Part shown: piece by piece, positions 41,800-55,407 of the stretch
How positions within the stretch are numbered: position 1 is the first letter of the stretch
How the letters are laid out: each line of letters opens with the position of its first letter
Assembly (NCBI RefSeq): GCF_011386835.1
Contig: NC_088809.1
Coordinates: 7,998,001 to 8,062,000 of the forward strand
DNA length: 64,000 nt
Direction: 5' to 3'
From: Chrysemys picta bellii
Lineage: Eukaryota
The notes under the pieces: model-generated
What the model was told of the DNA's origin: nothing
The model's input: the letters and a program-made list of their open reading frames with translations, nothing else
Database searches by the model: none
Position numbers and translations under genes: made by a program

Positions 41800-44236
41800 A
41801 ACCTAGGCCTTCCTGAACCCGGAGACAGCCTGAATCAACAGCGCTTAGAGTTGTGAACTGCTCCCGTTCATTTCAATGGGATGTCAACTGTGGAGCCTAA
41901 CAAGTTAAACGTAGACGTGGTTAACTATTTCCCTGCTGATCGAACCAAGAAAGAAGAGGGACATAAGTATTATGACAATCTCTGGTGTCACAAGTGAGTG
42001 GAACTTGGGTTTTGGATAGAGGTTGGGAGATCATCACTACATTTTTCCCCCCCCTTCTCAGTTCAACCCCTGGATTTATGGATGCAAATTCAGTGGCTTT
42101 TACCTGCCTTAAATTCACCAGACATCTCAAACAATAACAGCACATGATTTAACACCAAAAGTGTTGCATTGTTTTCTAATTTGTTCTTGCCTTTTTATTT
42201 TGGGGGAGGGTTGTTTCGTTGCTTTGCTAATTACCTTTGTAATTATAATTATTATTTATACTGCAGTAGCACCCAAAGGTCCTGATTAGGGCCCCAGGGT
42301 GCTAGGGGCTGTACAACACATCATGAAAAGCATCCTCTGCCGCAGGAGTTACCTTACGATTAATACATTATACTAAGGCAATTTTAGTGAGCTTTTTACC
42401 TTTCCCGTCAGACTCTTGCTCTCGGTGAAGCATCTGCTTCCTGTAACACAAATATGCTGGGAGGCGGACTAGAAAGCAGAGCATATGGCCACCTCTGCCA
42501 GTGTGCAGACTTTGTCTTAGGCTAATTTTAATCATTTTATACACACTCAAGCTTCATTCTTTTTATTCTGAAGCAATTTAAAATCTCTTGTGCTTCAGTT
42601 GCGATGTAAATAGTGCATGGAAGACTGCATCTTCTCTGCTCTAAATCTGCATAGAAGCCATGGATTGTAAAACACAGAGCTCTATTTATATTGTAGTGCT
42701 CACAGATGGTTTCGGGGAGTTGTTAATGCTTTATTCAGCCAGATACCACTCTGCAAATACTATTTTCACCGTGGACAGAGATCAGGAACAATTTCTAGTA
42801 CAATAGTTGGGAATGGAGACCTATGGGGCTTACCATGTTAGAGTAAAAACACTTAAGTACTAAACACCAAAACATGTGTCATTCCTTTCCTTCTTTTCAG
42901 AATATCTATGAGTCCCATATGCTATGTATGCAGGAATTTAGCTATGCAACTTCCATTAACACCAAAGTTGCTTAATTCCCCACATGTCACTTTGAAATTA
43001 GTTAGAGCCCCATTTTCCCCAGACCTATGCCATGGCTTTTGGGGTAATTAAGAAAGATTATAAAGTGAAAGTCTTATTCAAGTTACACAAGATCAGTATG
43101 TTTTCAGCTGGAAAATTATACATCATGAACTATGTTCAAGTAAGCAAAAAGGGAAAATATGTATAATGAAAGCACATGGATTTGTACTTCTTTATGAAAA
43201 TCTTTTAGTAAGCATGGCTTCCAGCACTGGCATCTTTACTTTGGAAAGATGACATGCAGCGGTTCTTTTGTCTGTGCTCAGTATCTGAGTACAGTGTTCC
43301 GTTCCTCTAAACCTTGTGGCCAACATTTTCAAATATGCTAGAGATTTTGGGTGCCCAAGTTAACACAAACCTAAAGGAGCCAGATATTCAGACAGTCCTA
43401 AGCAGCTGACCCCTTTTAAGTGTCTCCAGTTGGCCACCCAAACATTGAAGGCTCTTGAATCACTAGTCACATATTAAAATCTTGATCTGTGGTTCTTGGA
43501 GCATTGTCTTTGGGTGTTACATAAAGGCCTATTTAGATTTAACACTTAGAACAGGGTCGTGTCTATAAGGCAGCAGTCAAAGTCTTAATTTTAAGACCTG
43601 TGAGGGTTCAATATTCGTTGATGTCAATGGAAGTTGGATGAGGCCCTATATAAACTGCCCAGAAGAACTTCATCAAACTCCAGAACACATTCGTGAATAA
43701 TAACAGAAGATGACATCAAATGCGGCCCGGCTCGCTTCTAAAAAGTGACTACGTAAAAATGGCAACCTCTTGCCCAACCCTTGTGTGTATCTGTTGTCAT
43801 TTCTGCTCACTTTACTGATTAAAATAAGATTTGACTACCGTTGACGGCTGCTGGCACTGAAAAATTGATGCAGCTACAGAGATAGCTCACACAACTTTGA
43901 CATAAGTGTTAACTAAGTTCTGATTGTAGCAGTTGTTGGTGAGGCATAAACCAGAAAAACCAAGGTCAACTTTCAGTTCACAAGTTGAGTTTCCAGGGCT
44001 GGCAGCTACTTTTTTTATCTGGAAGTTGAGCATATTCTCTCTGGGAGTCATAGATATAGGACCTCAGAATGCTATTTGTTCAGAGTAATTTCTCAGAATG
44101 GAAACACGCTTTAATGCGTTTGTTTCTGCAGCAGCTGACAACTCTCTCTAATCCCTAATTTTGAAATACATGTTCAGTGCCATCTTCTCCCTGTTTCCCA
44201 CCCCCCTTAAAAAAGAAAAAACATTTTTCTAGGCAT

Positions 44237-45530
44237 TGTGACATTCCCCAGGGTGTAATCTGGACAGCTGAACAGCTGTGTCCCCTCAATTCTCCAACCT
44301 GGGGTGCCTTTTACACTGCTTCACTGTGAGAGCAACCACTCCTGGCCTGCTCACACACAGCCTCTAGCATGTAAATTACTCCCAGCTGAGTAATATGAGT
44401 GCTTTTAGCCAGCCATTCCTGAATTATATTGCAGAGTGACACCAGCAAATTCCCAGTCCCAGACTTGTCCCCAGACATGTGCATCTTGTACTGCTCAAAG
44501 AAAAGGAATACTTGTGGAACCTTAGAGACTAACAAATTTATTTGAGCATAAGCTTTCGTGGGCTACTGCCCACTGCATCCGAAGAAGTGGGCTGTTGCCC
44601 ACAAAAGCTTATGCTCAAATAAATTTTAGTCTCTAAGGTGCCACTAGTATTCCTGTTCTTTTTGCAGATACAGACTAACACGGCTGCTACTCTGAAACCT
44701 TGTACAGCTCAGTACCTCCTGGACAATACAAGCTCATATAAGTCGGTCATTTCATTAATAGAAAATGATATACACAAACCTTGTTTTCTCATATGGTGTT
44801 TTCCAAACATTTCAATCCAAACACACACTGGTTTAGATAAAACAATACAAGAAGTTTATTAACTACAGAAAGAAAGATTTTAAGTGCTTACAAGTAATGA
44901 GGCATAAAAGTCAGAATTGGTTACAAAGAAATAAAAGGTAAAACACAAACTAATACCTAATGTACCAAGCCAAAGTGAATTAAAAGCAAAGAGTTATCTC
45001 ACCACATGCTTTAGCAGTGTTACTTGCCGAACTCCTTTCAGACAGGATTACCCCTCTTTCCCCCCCCCCCCCCAGTTCAAAGCTGTTTCTTTGTTCCTCT
45101 GATGTTGTGGTTGCCATAGATAGAGACAAAGGAGGAATATTTGGGGGGCTCTGTTCTCCTTTCTTATAGCTCTCTTTTTCTTTGAAAATCATTTCCAGCT
45201 GGGGTTCAGGCAACAGCCAGTCTGTTTACATAGGTTCCGTTGCCAAGATGTAAATTTCTTGCTCACACCCTTTTTCCTGCCATAGAATGGCCCCTTAATC
45301 AGGTGATAGTGCATTTGATTATGCTGATACCTGGCTAAGGTGATGGCTAACCTTTTGTCTCTGGGGAATTGATTTGAAGCTGATTCCATAGACTTGGAAC
45401 ATGTCTTATACGGTAGAATTTTATAACTTTACATATGATGTTGCCACACATATTTTACCAAGACAATAACGTTCAGCAGATTCTGAACTTTAAAATGATA
45501 CCTCACACTGCATACTTTATACAAAATTTA
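44237..45530 (-). mobile_element. Solo LTR (reverse orientation) carrying a Penelope-like insertion
   Basis: Begins TGTGACATTCCCCAGGGTGTAATCTGGAC, the reverse complement of the 58276-59373 3' end; AAATGATACCTCAC..CATACTTT near the other end; right boundary unclear. Confidence 0.7.
44497..44700. mobile_element. Penelope-like inverted terminal repeat pair
   Basis: ~78-bp inverted arms plus GACTAACACGGCTGCTACTCTGAAACC tail; flanked by TGTACTGCTC / TGTACAGCTC (10-bp TSD, 1 mismatch). Confidence 0.8.
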
Positions 45531-48500
45531 TTAAAGGCTTGTAAAAAAAAAGATCTATGTAAGGGTACTATAGACTCTCTCAGGCACATCTTCGAAAACA
45601 AAGCTTCAAACCAAGTCAGAATTCTCTGTAATCAAGTCAACACTCATGATCAACAAATTTGAGCATTCTTTCTTGTTAGTTTCAACTCTACAGCCTGGTC
45701 CAGCAATCTTTACTTACGTGAGTAACCTAATTTAACCCAATGGGCTACTTACATAAGGGGGTTGGATTTTCAGCTCAGGTAAATCAGTTGACTCCAACAG
45801 GGCTACATTGACCTGCACCAGCTGAAAATGGGCCCAAGGGCTTCTCTGCTTTTGAAACCACAGAGTTCCTTTTGTCTTTTCAATGTTCTTGCTTAAAATG
45901 GGCATTTAAACATTCATGACCAGGGATCCCTTACCTTTGAGTTCATTGATTCCCTGACTCAAATCTTTGAGGACAAGATTGAAACATTCTGTGGACTCGT
46001 GAAACAAACAAAACCAGACATCATGCCATATAAAGACACTGAGCCAAATTCATTGTGGCTGTAATGCCACTGAAGCCAGTGGGGTTGTACCAGGGATGAA
46101 TTTGCACCAATGTCTGCTAGATCAGTCAATGTTTGCTCTCCCCTCCAAGACCAAAAAAACAGAACAAACATTACACAATATCCAGTGTGTGGGGTGGGGA
46201 GGAGAGGCAGAAGTTTGCAATTGTTGAATAAGCTCTGGTACTCTCATATAAATACATCTGGTTCAGCAGCAGAGAAACAGACTTCAAAGGACATATAAGT
46301 TTCACTGTTATTAGACTCACAGTTCAAAGAAAAAAGTGAGCAGCTGGTTTAAGCCATCTGGTAGGGGACATAAAATGGTCTCTTTCTTCCCTAGACAGTC
46401 TATGAAATTTTCATTAATTGTGTGAACATCTTCCAGTATCAACTGCTATAATATTGTTAAAAGTGAAAGTCTTAATAAATCATCAAAACTCCTTTCTCAG
46501 GAGAGCAAAGCTTTTACAATCCAAAGCCTGTGGGTTCTTTGCGCATGTATCACACTGGGCTATCATTAACATTTTAGCTTGGGATTTTCAAAGGAGCCTA
46601 AATCAATGGGATGGCTAATTCCCATCAGCTTCCTTGAAAATCCCACCCAGAGATTTGAGTACAGATTAGGTAGAGAATTCCTCATACCCTGGCTGAGTCT
46701 CCTGCACTGATTCCATACTGCATAAAGGAACACTTTTTGACTGAAAAAAATCATATATAATGATAATGTTCCTACCTGGGTTATTACACCATAGAGGAAA
46801 AACATGATGTATTCATTATTATTTGTATTAACAGTAGCACCTACAAGCCTCAACCAAAATCAAGGTCCCATTGGGCTAGGAACTCAGAGCCAGAGGTTTA
46901 CAATCTGAAAAGACAAGACAGGCAAAGGAAATAGTGAATCCCTGAGTGAGCCAAGAGACAAGGGTTGAAACCCTGGCCCACTTTGAAGTCAAAGGCAAAA
47001 CGCTCATCAATAGAGCTGGGATTTTGTCCCTTGGAGTCTAGACACACAAGTTCGACTCCTGGTTCTACCACTGACACACTGTGCGCAAGTTACTTAGACC
47101 TACGTTTGCAAAAGCGGCTTCTCACTTTGAGCCCTTCCATTTTGGGGATTCCCCCCTGAAGGCAGCTGAGATTTTCAGAGCTGTCACACTTTGGCTTTTT
47201 TTTTTTTTTTTTGGTCAAGAGATCAAATTCTCGCTGATAAAAAATATTTGACTGGCAGACAGACCCCGTGTTCTCTTTGCAGAACTCCTTCACCAGCTCA
47301 TAAGAATAGCCCTGGGTACAGTACACAGCAATCATCTACCCTCGATGTAGCCTCTTGATTCAGTGGGTGTACTAGACTAAGCTGCTAAAGGGGCAGCAGC
47401 ACCCTCCAACCCGGCACTACAACCCTACTCCCAGTCCGGTGCGGAGGGGCATGACAGACAGGCCAAACCTGAGCCGTTGGGCAACCCTGTGCAGCAGGTT
47501 GCAATACTACTCACTCAGATTTGGCCCACTCTGGGCGTTGTGACCTGGCACATGGGGTTGCAATGCCACTCAGGTTTGGCCCAGCCACGCCTCCATCATG
47601 ACAGGCCAAACCTGAGTGGCGCGGAGTCTCTGGGCGCCAGGTCGTAATGCCCAGAGCAGGGAGCCAGCCCTATGGGACAAGAGCTGCTGCTGCAGGATGA
47701 GTGCAGGGCTGGCTGGCTAGCTCTCCAATGCTCCCAGCACCAGGGCTCCTCTCCACAGCAGGTCAGGAGAAGTGTACGTTTGCCTGGTTTTGTACCCTTG
47801 GTTTCATGATTTCTGTGGGTGCAACTGAACCCCTGAAGTTTGAACTCACACTAAAGCCATCGCTGCTGTGGTTCAGCATGATGAGGTCTTCATTAGAGAG
47901 GAAGGTTCACTGTCTCTGATTAACCCATGTTAATCAGCATGGCTCTTTGTCCTCTTCTAGTGCGTAGAGCCACACTGAGTACGTGCCATAGCTGTCACCT
48001 GCATATCTAGAAGCAGCCATGGATCCAACAACACTCCCAAGAAAGATGCAGACTAATAATGGCAAAGGCCAGGGAAACGACTTCAGCACAGATCACGCCC
48101 TCAGCCAGATTCCCTCCCTTGTCTCTCAGCTTCACCACACAGGATGAAATGTGCTCTGTGATGCCAAGTTATTATTGGACCATATCCTGCAGTCCTGACT
48201 CAGGCAAGCTGATGTTCAAATGAGAGTTTTCCCTTGAAGAAGGACAGAAGGTTCAATCCATTAAGATTGCTATTATTTCAAATAACGGATACATAATAAC
48301 TAACGGCGAGGAATTTTCAGCCAAATCAATGGCTTTACAACTTCTGACCTGAGCCCAGGCCTGCCAACACCCCCATGCATATGGTGGAATTGGATACAGT
48401 CCCCTGAAACTTAGCAGATATAAAATTGGAGAAAATTTCAATTCTGATACGTAACAGTGGATAATTCCAGTCTGAGACATCCATATCCCAGAGACTCTGA

Positions 48501-49089
48501 TAGTCTCTTGAGATTGAATGCTCCAGTTGAATATATTGAAGAGCTCCTTGAAATTCAGTCAGGTGATTTGATAATACGGGGAGGGTGCCAGCTGCCAGGG
48601 GGAGTTAAACTAACCTGTAACTATGATACACTGCTCTTGGGTATCAATGCCATTTTGACAAAATTACGACCAGGCATCATTTCTATCTGTCTTCTTGCAT
48701 TTCATATTTTTCAGCCATGTCTGTCCCTATCAAAGAGGGATGTGGAGAGAATTCAGCTTCATCACATCTATCTTTGCAAGACCTTGATAAAGAGAATTGC
48801 TCAGGGGAAAAATTCAGTCAGACTCCTTTTTAGTCCAGGAATCTCCTGGCCATACATACTTAACCATTTCACCAAGTCATCCTTCAGTTCTTTATTGCTG
48901 AAGACTTTCCAAATTTACTATCATCTCATCTGGTTGTATCAGTCTTAACTTGAGACAAGTAGATGGAATGCTCTGACCCAGAAAAGCTCGGACTTTCTTA
49001 TGTGACTGTATGTCTGAAGAAGTTAATGTAGACACATTAATAACACTTTTCACTTCCCTAGTGCCGTCCATTGGAGGAGTTCACACCAT

Positions 49090-49270
49090 ATAACAACCAT
49101 TAGTGAATTTATTTCACTAGTCCTTTATGACATATTATCACCATCAGTTTACAGATGGGAAAAAACAAGGTACAATGATTTTTAAGTGATTTGCCCAAGG
49201 TCACGTGGCAATTCAGTGGCAGAGATGAAAACAGAACCTGATCTCCCAATTCCCAATCCTGTGCTTTGGC
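49090..49270 (-). mobile_element. MIR-like CORE-SINE
   Basis: TTTACAGATGGGAAAAA...TAAGTGATTTGCCCAAGGTCAC...CAGAACCTGATCTCCCAATTCCCA. Confidence 0.75.
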
Positions 49271-51735
49271 CAGAAGTCCGTCCTTCTCCTGTTCTAATGT
49301 CATTAACACACTGTTACTCTTCCAAGCTTCCTAATGTTCCACCATGTGTCAAATTCAAAGGAAAATCAGTATTAAATTCCCAGTCAGAACACATTGTATA
49401 AGGGGTGGCCAACAGGGCAGACGGCTGGCCAAGGCTTCAATCAGGATGGAACACTGCATGCTGGGAATGTACTGTCCACAGAGTTCTTCAGTGCAGCCCA
49501 TGCTCATGCTGGTGGGGAGTGCAGGTCCCAGAATGCAATCCATCTTGATCAGAATCTATCAGTACAAAGTTTTGCACATCTCTAATCCCTACCAAAACTA
49601 AGGATTCTGCAGCTCCACTACTGGCGGCTACAGTGGAGATGTTCATGCAAACCAGCATTTCCACCACATGTCTGACTCTGCTCGTATCCTGGCTGCACTA
49701 GACCCGTGATTTCACCCCATTAGCAACCGGCTGGCACTAGCACTCCCACTGAGGGAGCTGCACCAGCAGGGAGTTTTAAGAAACAAAGCTAAGTGTAGTA
49801 ACAGATACAGGTGCCATTGCATGATAGCAGAACCATTAGTAGGAAAAGCTTTTGCTTTCACCCTGTATGGCAGAATGTACTCCTGGTTACAATACACACA
49901 CCTGAGTTAGAGTCCTGGTCTATGGGAGCAATGGGCCTGGGATAAAGACTAATTACTGATTTAGTGAATTCCCTTGCCTTAGTGGGTTACTGTCAATATT
50001 AAAGGGGACATTCTCCAAATGGTGTTTGTGGACTTAGCTGAAGTAGGTAGCGTCAGCTTCACAGATGTCAAGGGAGTCACTCAAAATGCTTTGGGAATTT
50101 CAGTTACTCTCGTGTTCCTCAACCTGTGGTCCAAGGATGGCCCATGACTCCAGCTCCTACTTGTTTTCAGATGCTAAATCCCATTAAAAGACAGACATAG
50201 ATACTTTAAATACTTTCCTAATCTTTTATTTTCTCACGTAAGCAATTGTGCTTGTTGCCTGGGGAATGTCATGCAATTGCAACTGGGCTAGAAGGTGGTC
50301 TATACAATTGTCAGCAGGAGGGTTAGTGCTCTGTGATATTGGGAATGGGAGGGTCGGGGTCCACAGGAAATAAAAAATGTTTGAGAATCCCTGAGTTATT
50401 CCATTCAAAACCAATGGCCAGACAGCATCACCCTCTTCTGACAATGGTGTTTTCTAGCAATGTCATCCTGAACTGTACATGTCATTCTCTCACTTAGTAA
50501 TAATACTGTGTTCGTTCACAGTGTAACGGTTTGGGGGAGCTTCATATGTACACCTGCACCTCCGACTGACTTCAGCTGGAGCTGTGGGCACTCAGCACTT
50601 CTGAAAATCAAGCCTCCAGGGTCGCATTTTCAAAGGCATTCAGGTACCTAAAGATTTAGATAGGCACCGAGTGGATTTTCAAAACCACCTGAATGGGTTA
50701 GTTGATGGGAGTTAGGTGCCTAATCTGCATTGGTGCTTTTGAAAACACCCCAAGGTCCCTCTCTGGATTTTTAGGCACCTGAATACCTTTTAAGCTGCGG
50801 CCTCGGGTCACTTACCCTGAGCAAATCAAGAGACAGAGCCAGGAACAGAACCCAGGAGTCCTGATGCCCCGTCAACTTCTCTAATAACTCTACAGTGCTG
50901 CCTTGTTTAAATTACACCATCCCAGGCCTCTCGTCCTCACATTTTAACGGAACTACTACCGCTGCCTCATCAGTTATATTGCTATATCCTGTGCACATAC
51001 ACTGATATTTATGGTAGGCTGTACATATGTGAGAGTGTATGTATGTGTGTATCTGAGTTAAAAGTGTAAAACAGACATGTGACAAGTGTCATCTATCGAA
51101 GCCAAGGGCTTGCGTGAATGACAGAACATGCCGTTGGCTGCTTTTCTCTCCCTAAATCTCTCTTCATCCTCCTTTTGCTCCTCTCTGTCTGTCTTCCCCC
51201 TTCAGCACCTTTTGAATTGAGAACTCCCAGTGCGAGCAGTCAGCAGGCACTTTGGAGTGGCAGTTAAAGCAACAAATCAGCACAGAAATTTCAGGTCATT
51301 ATCCTGGTGTATCTCAATTCCTCTTCTTGCCAGTACCAAATTAACACATCTTCAAAGCACTAGGATTCCACAGCATAGGCTGCAGTTTGATGGACAATAC
51401 AATCAACATGGTTTTCTAATTGAATTGCCAACACCATCAGAAAGCTTTACAATGAATGCAACATCTTAGAAACACTTGTTTTTCTTCACCCATGTGGAGG
51501 ATTTGAGGGGCGGGGGGGAAGAGTGAGGGACAGTGATTTCCCCCCCCACAAAGTCTCCTGATTGGGGAGGAACAGTTCAGAAATCATGTAGCAGACTCAG
51601 AGAGATTAGCAATTAAAAAGGCTTATGATATCTGTCAGTCCATGACCATGCCAGAGCAGGACACAAAGCCTGATCCAAATTCCATGGAAAACAATAGAAA
51701 GACTCCCATTGAGTTCAGTGGGCACTGATCATGCC

Positions 51736-51959
51736 CAGGGCCGGCGCTTCCATTTAGGCGACCGAGGCGGTCGCCAGGGCAGCAGGATTTGGGGGGCGGC
51801 AATTCTGCGGCGGGGGGTCCTTCCACGCTCCGGGTCTTCGGCGGCAATTCTGTGGCGGGTCCTTCACTCGCTCCGGGACCTGCCGCCTAAGTGCCCCGAA
51901 GACCGGGAGCGCGGAAGGACCCCCCACCTAGGGCAGCAAAAACCCTTGCGCCGCTCTGG
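51736..51959. mobile_element. GC-rich hAT MITE
   Basis: CAGGGCCGGCGC left TIR; perfect 8-bp TSD ATCATGCC; imperfect right TIR. Confidence 0.85.
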
Positions 51960-52134
51960 ATCATGCCCTCAGGCCCTAGCTCCAGGATAATAGACGCTAC
52001 TCTTGATTTTACGCAAAAGGTCCCTTGGCCTTGCTGGCTCCCACTAAGCCAGCAAAGGGCGAGGAAGGAAGTGTTGTTGGATTTCAGTGCATCTTCATGC
52101 TGTGTTTTTCCATTCGCAAAATCAAGAAAGAACT

Positions 52135-53048
52135 AGAATAATAACATGAAAAGAGGCATACTGGGACAGACAAATGGTCCATGTAGCCCAATATCCTGTC
52201 TTCCAACAGTGGCCAATGCCAGATGTTTCAAAGGGAATCAGAACAAGGCAGTTATCGAGTGATCCAGCCCCTGCCATCCAGCCCCAGCTTTTGGCGTTCA
52301 GAGGCTTAGGTTCACCTAGGAGCATAGGGTTGCATCCCTGATCATGCTGGCTAATAGCCATTGATGGACCTGTTCTCCATCAACTTAGCTATTTATTTTT
52401 GAAACCAGTTATACATTTGACCTTCACAATATCCCTGGCAATAAGTTCCACAGGTTGACTGTGCATTGTGTGAAGAAGTACTTCCTTTTGTTTGTTTTAA
52501 ACCTCCTGCCTATTAATTTCATTGAGAGATCCTTGGTTTTTGTGTTATGTGAAGGGATAGACTACACTTCCTATTTACTTTCTCCACACCAGTCATGATT
52601 TTATAGACCTCTACCATATCCCCCTTATTTCTCTTTTTTCTGAGCTGAACAGTCCCAGTCTTTTTAATCTCTTCTCATGTGGAAGCGGTTCCATACCCTT
52701 AGTCATTTTTGTTGCCCTTCTCTGTAACTTTTCTATTTCTAATATAGCTTTTTTTGAAATGGGGTAACCAGAACTGCATGCAGTATTCAAGATGTGGGCG
52801 TACCATGGATTTATATAGAGGCAGTATGATATTTACTGTCTTATTCTCTATCCCTTTCCTAATGGCTCCTTACATTCTGTTCGCTTTTTTGACTGCCGCT
52901 GCACATTGAGCGGATGTTTTCAGAGAACTATCCACACTGACTCCAAGGTCTCTTTCTTGAGTGGTAACAGCTAAATTAGGCCCCATCATTTTGTATGTCT
53001 CATATGAGAAATGTGCATTACTTTGCATTTATCAACACTGAATTTCAT
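52135..53048 (-). mobile_element. CR1 LINE 3' ~0.9 kb
   Basis: Reverse-complement 3' tail at 52135-52300; AACTGCATGCAGTATTCAAGATGTGGGCGTACC and ACTTTGCATTTATCAACACTGAATTTCAT (ORF2 region). Confidence 0.9.
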
Positions 53049-53711
53049 AGAGGGCTGTGAATGACACAGTGAATGAGTCATTAAAGACTTTATTGAATAT
53101 TAAATAGTAAGCTAAGCAAACAAGCATCGTACTATTACCATACACTGCCTTGTTACACACATTCTGAGATGAAATGATGCATTATGGGGTGATCAGTCCC
53201 TAAATAAGGAGACTGGGGATAACCCGTTCTCTAATGGTACCCTGATGGAAGATGGGCGTGCCCAATCTAAAATTAGCATGCTACCCTTTTTATAAAAAAT
53301 CATAGTAATGCCCTTTAATTAATTAACATTAAACCCACCATTTTAATCACAATTAAATATTTTCTACTTTCTCATTGGCCATTGAACATTAAGCTCATCT
53401 TTAATTAGCGCCTGTGTAAATGCCACCAATAACTGTCAATACAGAGAGCATTTTCCAAGACATTAACATTTTATCTAAGATGCTTGTGAAAACCAGTTAG
53501 GCAAAATATGTCTACAACATGACCTGGGGTTGTGTCCTAAGTTACCTGCAACTTGCCTCTGAACTGTCCCGCTTCCCTTTACTCAGCGTTTACTAGGCCT
53601 CACTTGACCATTGTCAAGCCTATTTTTAGAAAACAGATTTTTGGGCCTACTTACATTTCAACACATTTCTGTATAAACATAAGCAAACATCATCTCTATA
53701 GGTACATGCTC

Positions 53712-55407
53712 CAGTGGTGCTCAACCCGCAGCCCAATCAGTAGGGTGACCAGATGTCCTGTTTTTAAAGGGTCAGTCCCACACTTAAGCCCTCCTTCAGG
53801 TGTCCCAACTATTTCTTAAAAACGGGCAAATTGTCCCGTATTTTCTGTCTCCCCGCATCAGTATTGGAGGGTCGTACTGCCGGCCGGATCCCTGCTCGGC
53901 AGCCACCCGCCCACCAGCGGTGAGTGGGGGGGATCCAGTAGCTAACAATGGGGATGGGTGTGCAAGGCTGGTGGCAGGGCCCTTTACATGCTTCCCCTTT
54001 CATTGTCCTCTCCCTGCTTTGCCCCTTCACCCCGCCAACCCAGCTGCTCCTCTATATCCCCCCAGCAGGGCACGTCCTGGTCCCAGCGCTATGCGGAGAA
54101 CCAGACTCTGGTCTGCACGCTCAGCTCACCAACAGCCTGGTTGGCAGGCTCCTTCCTTCCCCCACTGCCTCTGGCTGGGCTGGCGCCCCGGGAAAGCCCA
54201 AGACCCTCCAGCCCAGGAGGAGCGGAGCCCTGCATGTGCCAGAGGCACAGAGCTGCCAGTGGCACGGGGAAGCCTCTCTGCCCCTCAGCTAAGCTCTGGA
54301 GTGGTGGCGGGGAAGCAATTTCCAGCTTGTTCATGCCCCGAACCTGCAGGCTCCGCAGCAGCCCCCAGGGCAGGGGATTAGCCCCCTCTTCACGCCCCTC
54401 CCCGGGGCCTGCCCCCAAGGAGCGCAGAGCTGCTCTGTCCCCTGCTGACCCACCTCTCTGGCCAGGCTCACTGCAGTCAGGTTCCCTGGGCCCTGGCACA
54501 CAATGCATCCTTACGGCTTAACCCCTTCCTGCCCGCACTGTAGCCGGGGGACAGGACAGGAGGCGCCCGGGTTATGTCAGTGGCCAGCAGCAGCCTGGAG
54601 GTGTTTAGCTGCCTTTTGACACTGTGCGGGCAGGAAGGGACAAGCTGCTTCCAGCCACATGGAGCAGTACGGGGTGGGAAGAGATGAGCTCTGCAAAAAC
54701 ACAGGCCAGGTCATCCCTTCCCGCCCCCCCCCACTCTGTCTCCCCAGTGGCTGGAAGCAGCTCCCGTCCCTTTCCTGCTGCACAATGTTGGAAGACTGCT
54801 GCTGGCCAAGTTCTGGTATGAATCCTTGGAGAAATCAGGGGAGGAGGAGCATGTGACCCTGCATCCCCCCCATGTGTTGCCTCAGGAAGACGCGGTGCCA
54901 GGAAAGGCAGGTCCGTCCCGGGGGCCCAGCCAGGTATGGAGGGTGGAGAGCGCCAGGCAGGGAGGGTCAGGTCAGTCACTCATTCCCCCGTATGAGAGAG
55001 GTATCCAGGAGTGTGTGTGTGTTACCCCTCCCCGTGTGTGTGTGAGTAGAGGTGTGTTTGTGTTACCCTTCCCTATGTGAACACCAAAGCCTTAAAGATA
55101 AGAAGGTAAATAAAAAGAATCCAACTACGCAGTATTTCTTTTTAACAGGGGCTCAGTCAACTTGATGTTAATTTGAACGTTTGTACGATTGATTGCTGTT
55201 AAACTCGCTTAAATATGAGTAATTTTACCAGGTGTCCCGTATTCAGCATAGGGAAATATGGTCACCCTACCAATCAGCAGACAGCTGCGGCCCATGTGAC
55301 AGCCTCAGGGCCATACAGGTAGTAAATATATTATGTGGCTGTGGCCCAAATGACAGATAGAGAGCTGCATATGCGGCCCGCAGTGGTAAATAGGTTGAGA
55401 ACCACTG
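53712..55407. mobile_element. hAT MITE (CAGTGGTGCTCAACC / GGTTGAGAACCACTG) split by a nested element
   Basis: TIRs at both ends; internal GCGGCCC motifs typical of hAT subterminal repeats; no clean outer TSD. Confidence 0.75.
53741..55269. mobile_element. 1.5-kb non-autonomous hAT element (TAGGGTGACCA family)
   Basis: TIR TAGGGTGACCA / TGGTCACCCTA; perfect 8-bp TSD CCAATCAG; no transposase ORF. Confidence 0.9.

Noticed and set aside
42400-42468. 69-nt minus-strand segment with good AG/GT borders
   Set aside because: No frame gives a recognisable peptide, and it cannot be joined meaningfully to the METLRQ segment.
51206-51295. Strong polypyrimidine acceptor on the plus strand
   Set aside because: The following sequence is closed by stops in the frames I read and the donor (GTCATT) is weak.
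53800-54979. ORFs of 114-193 aa on both strands
   Set aside because: They lie inside the GC-rich non-autonomous hAT element and contain no transposase motifs.
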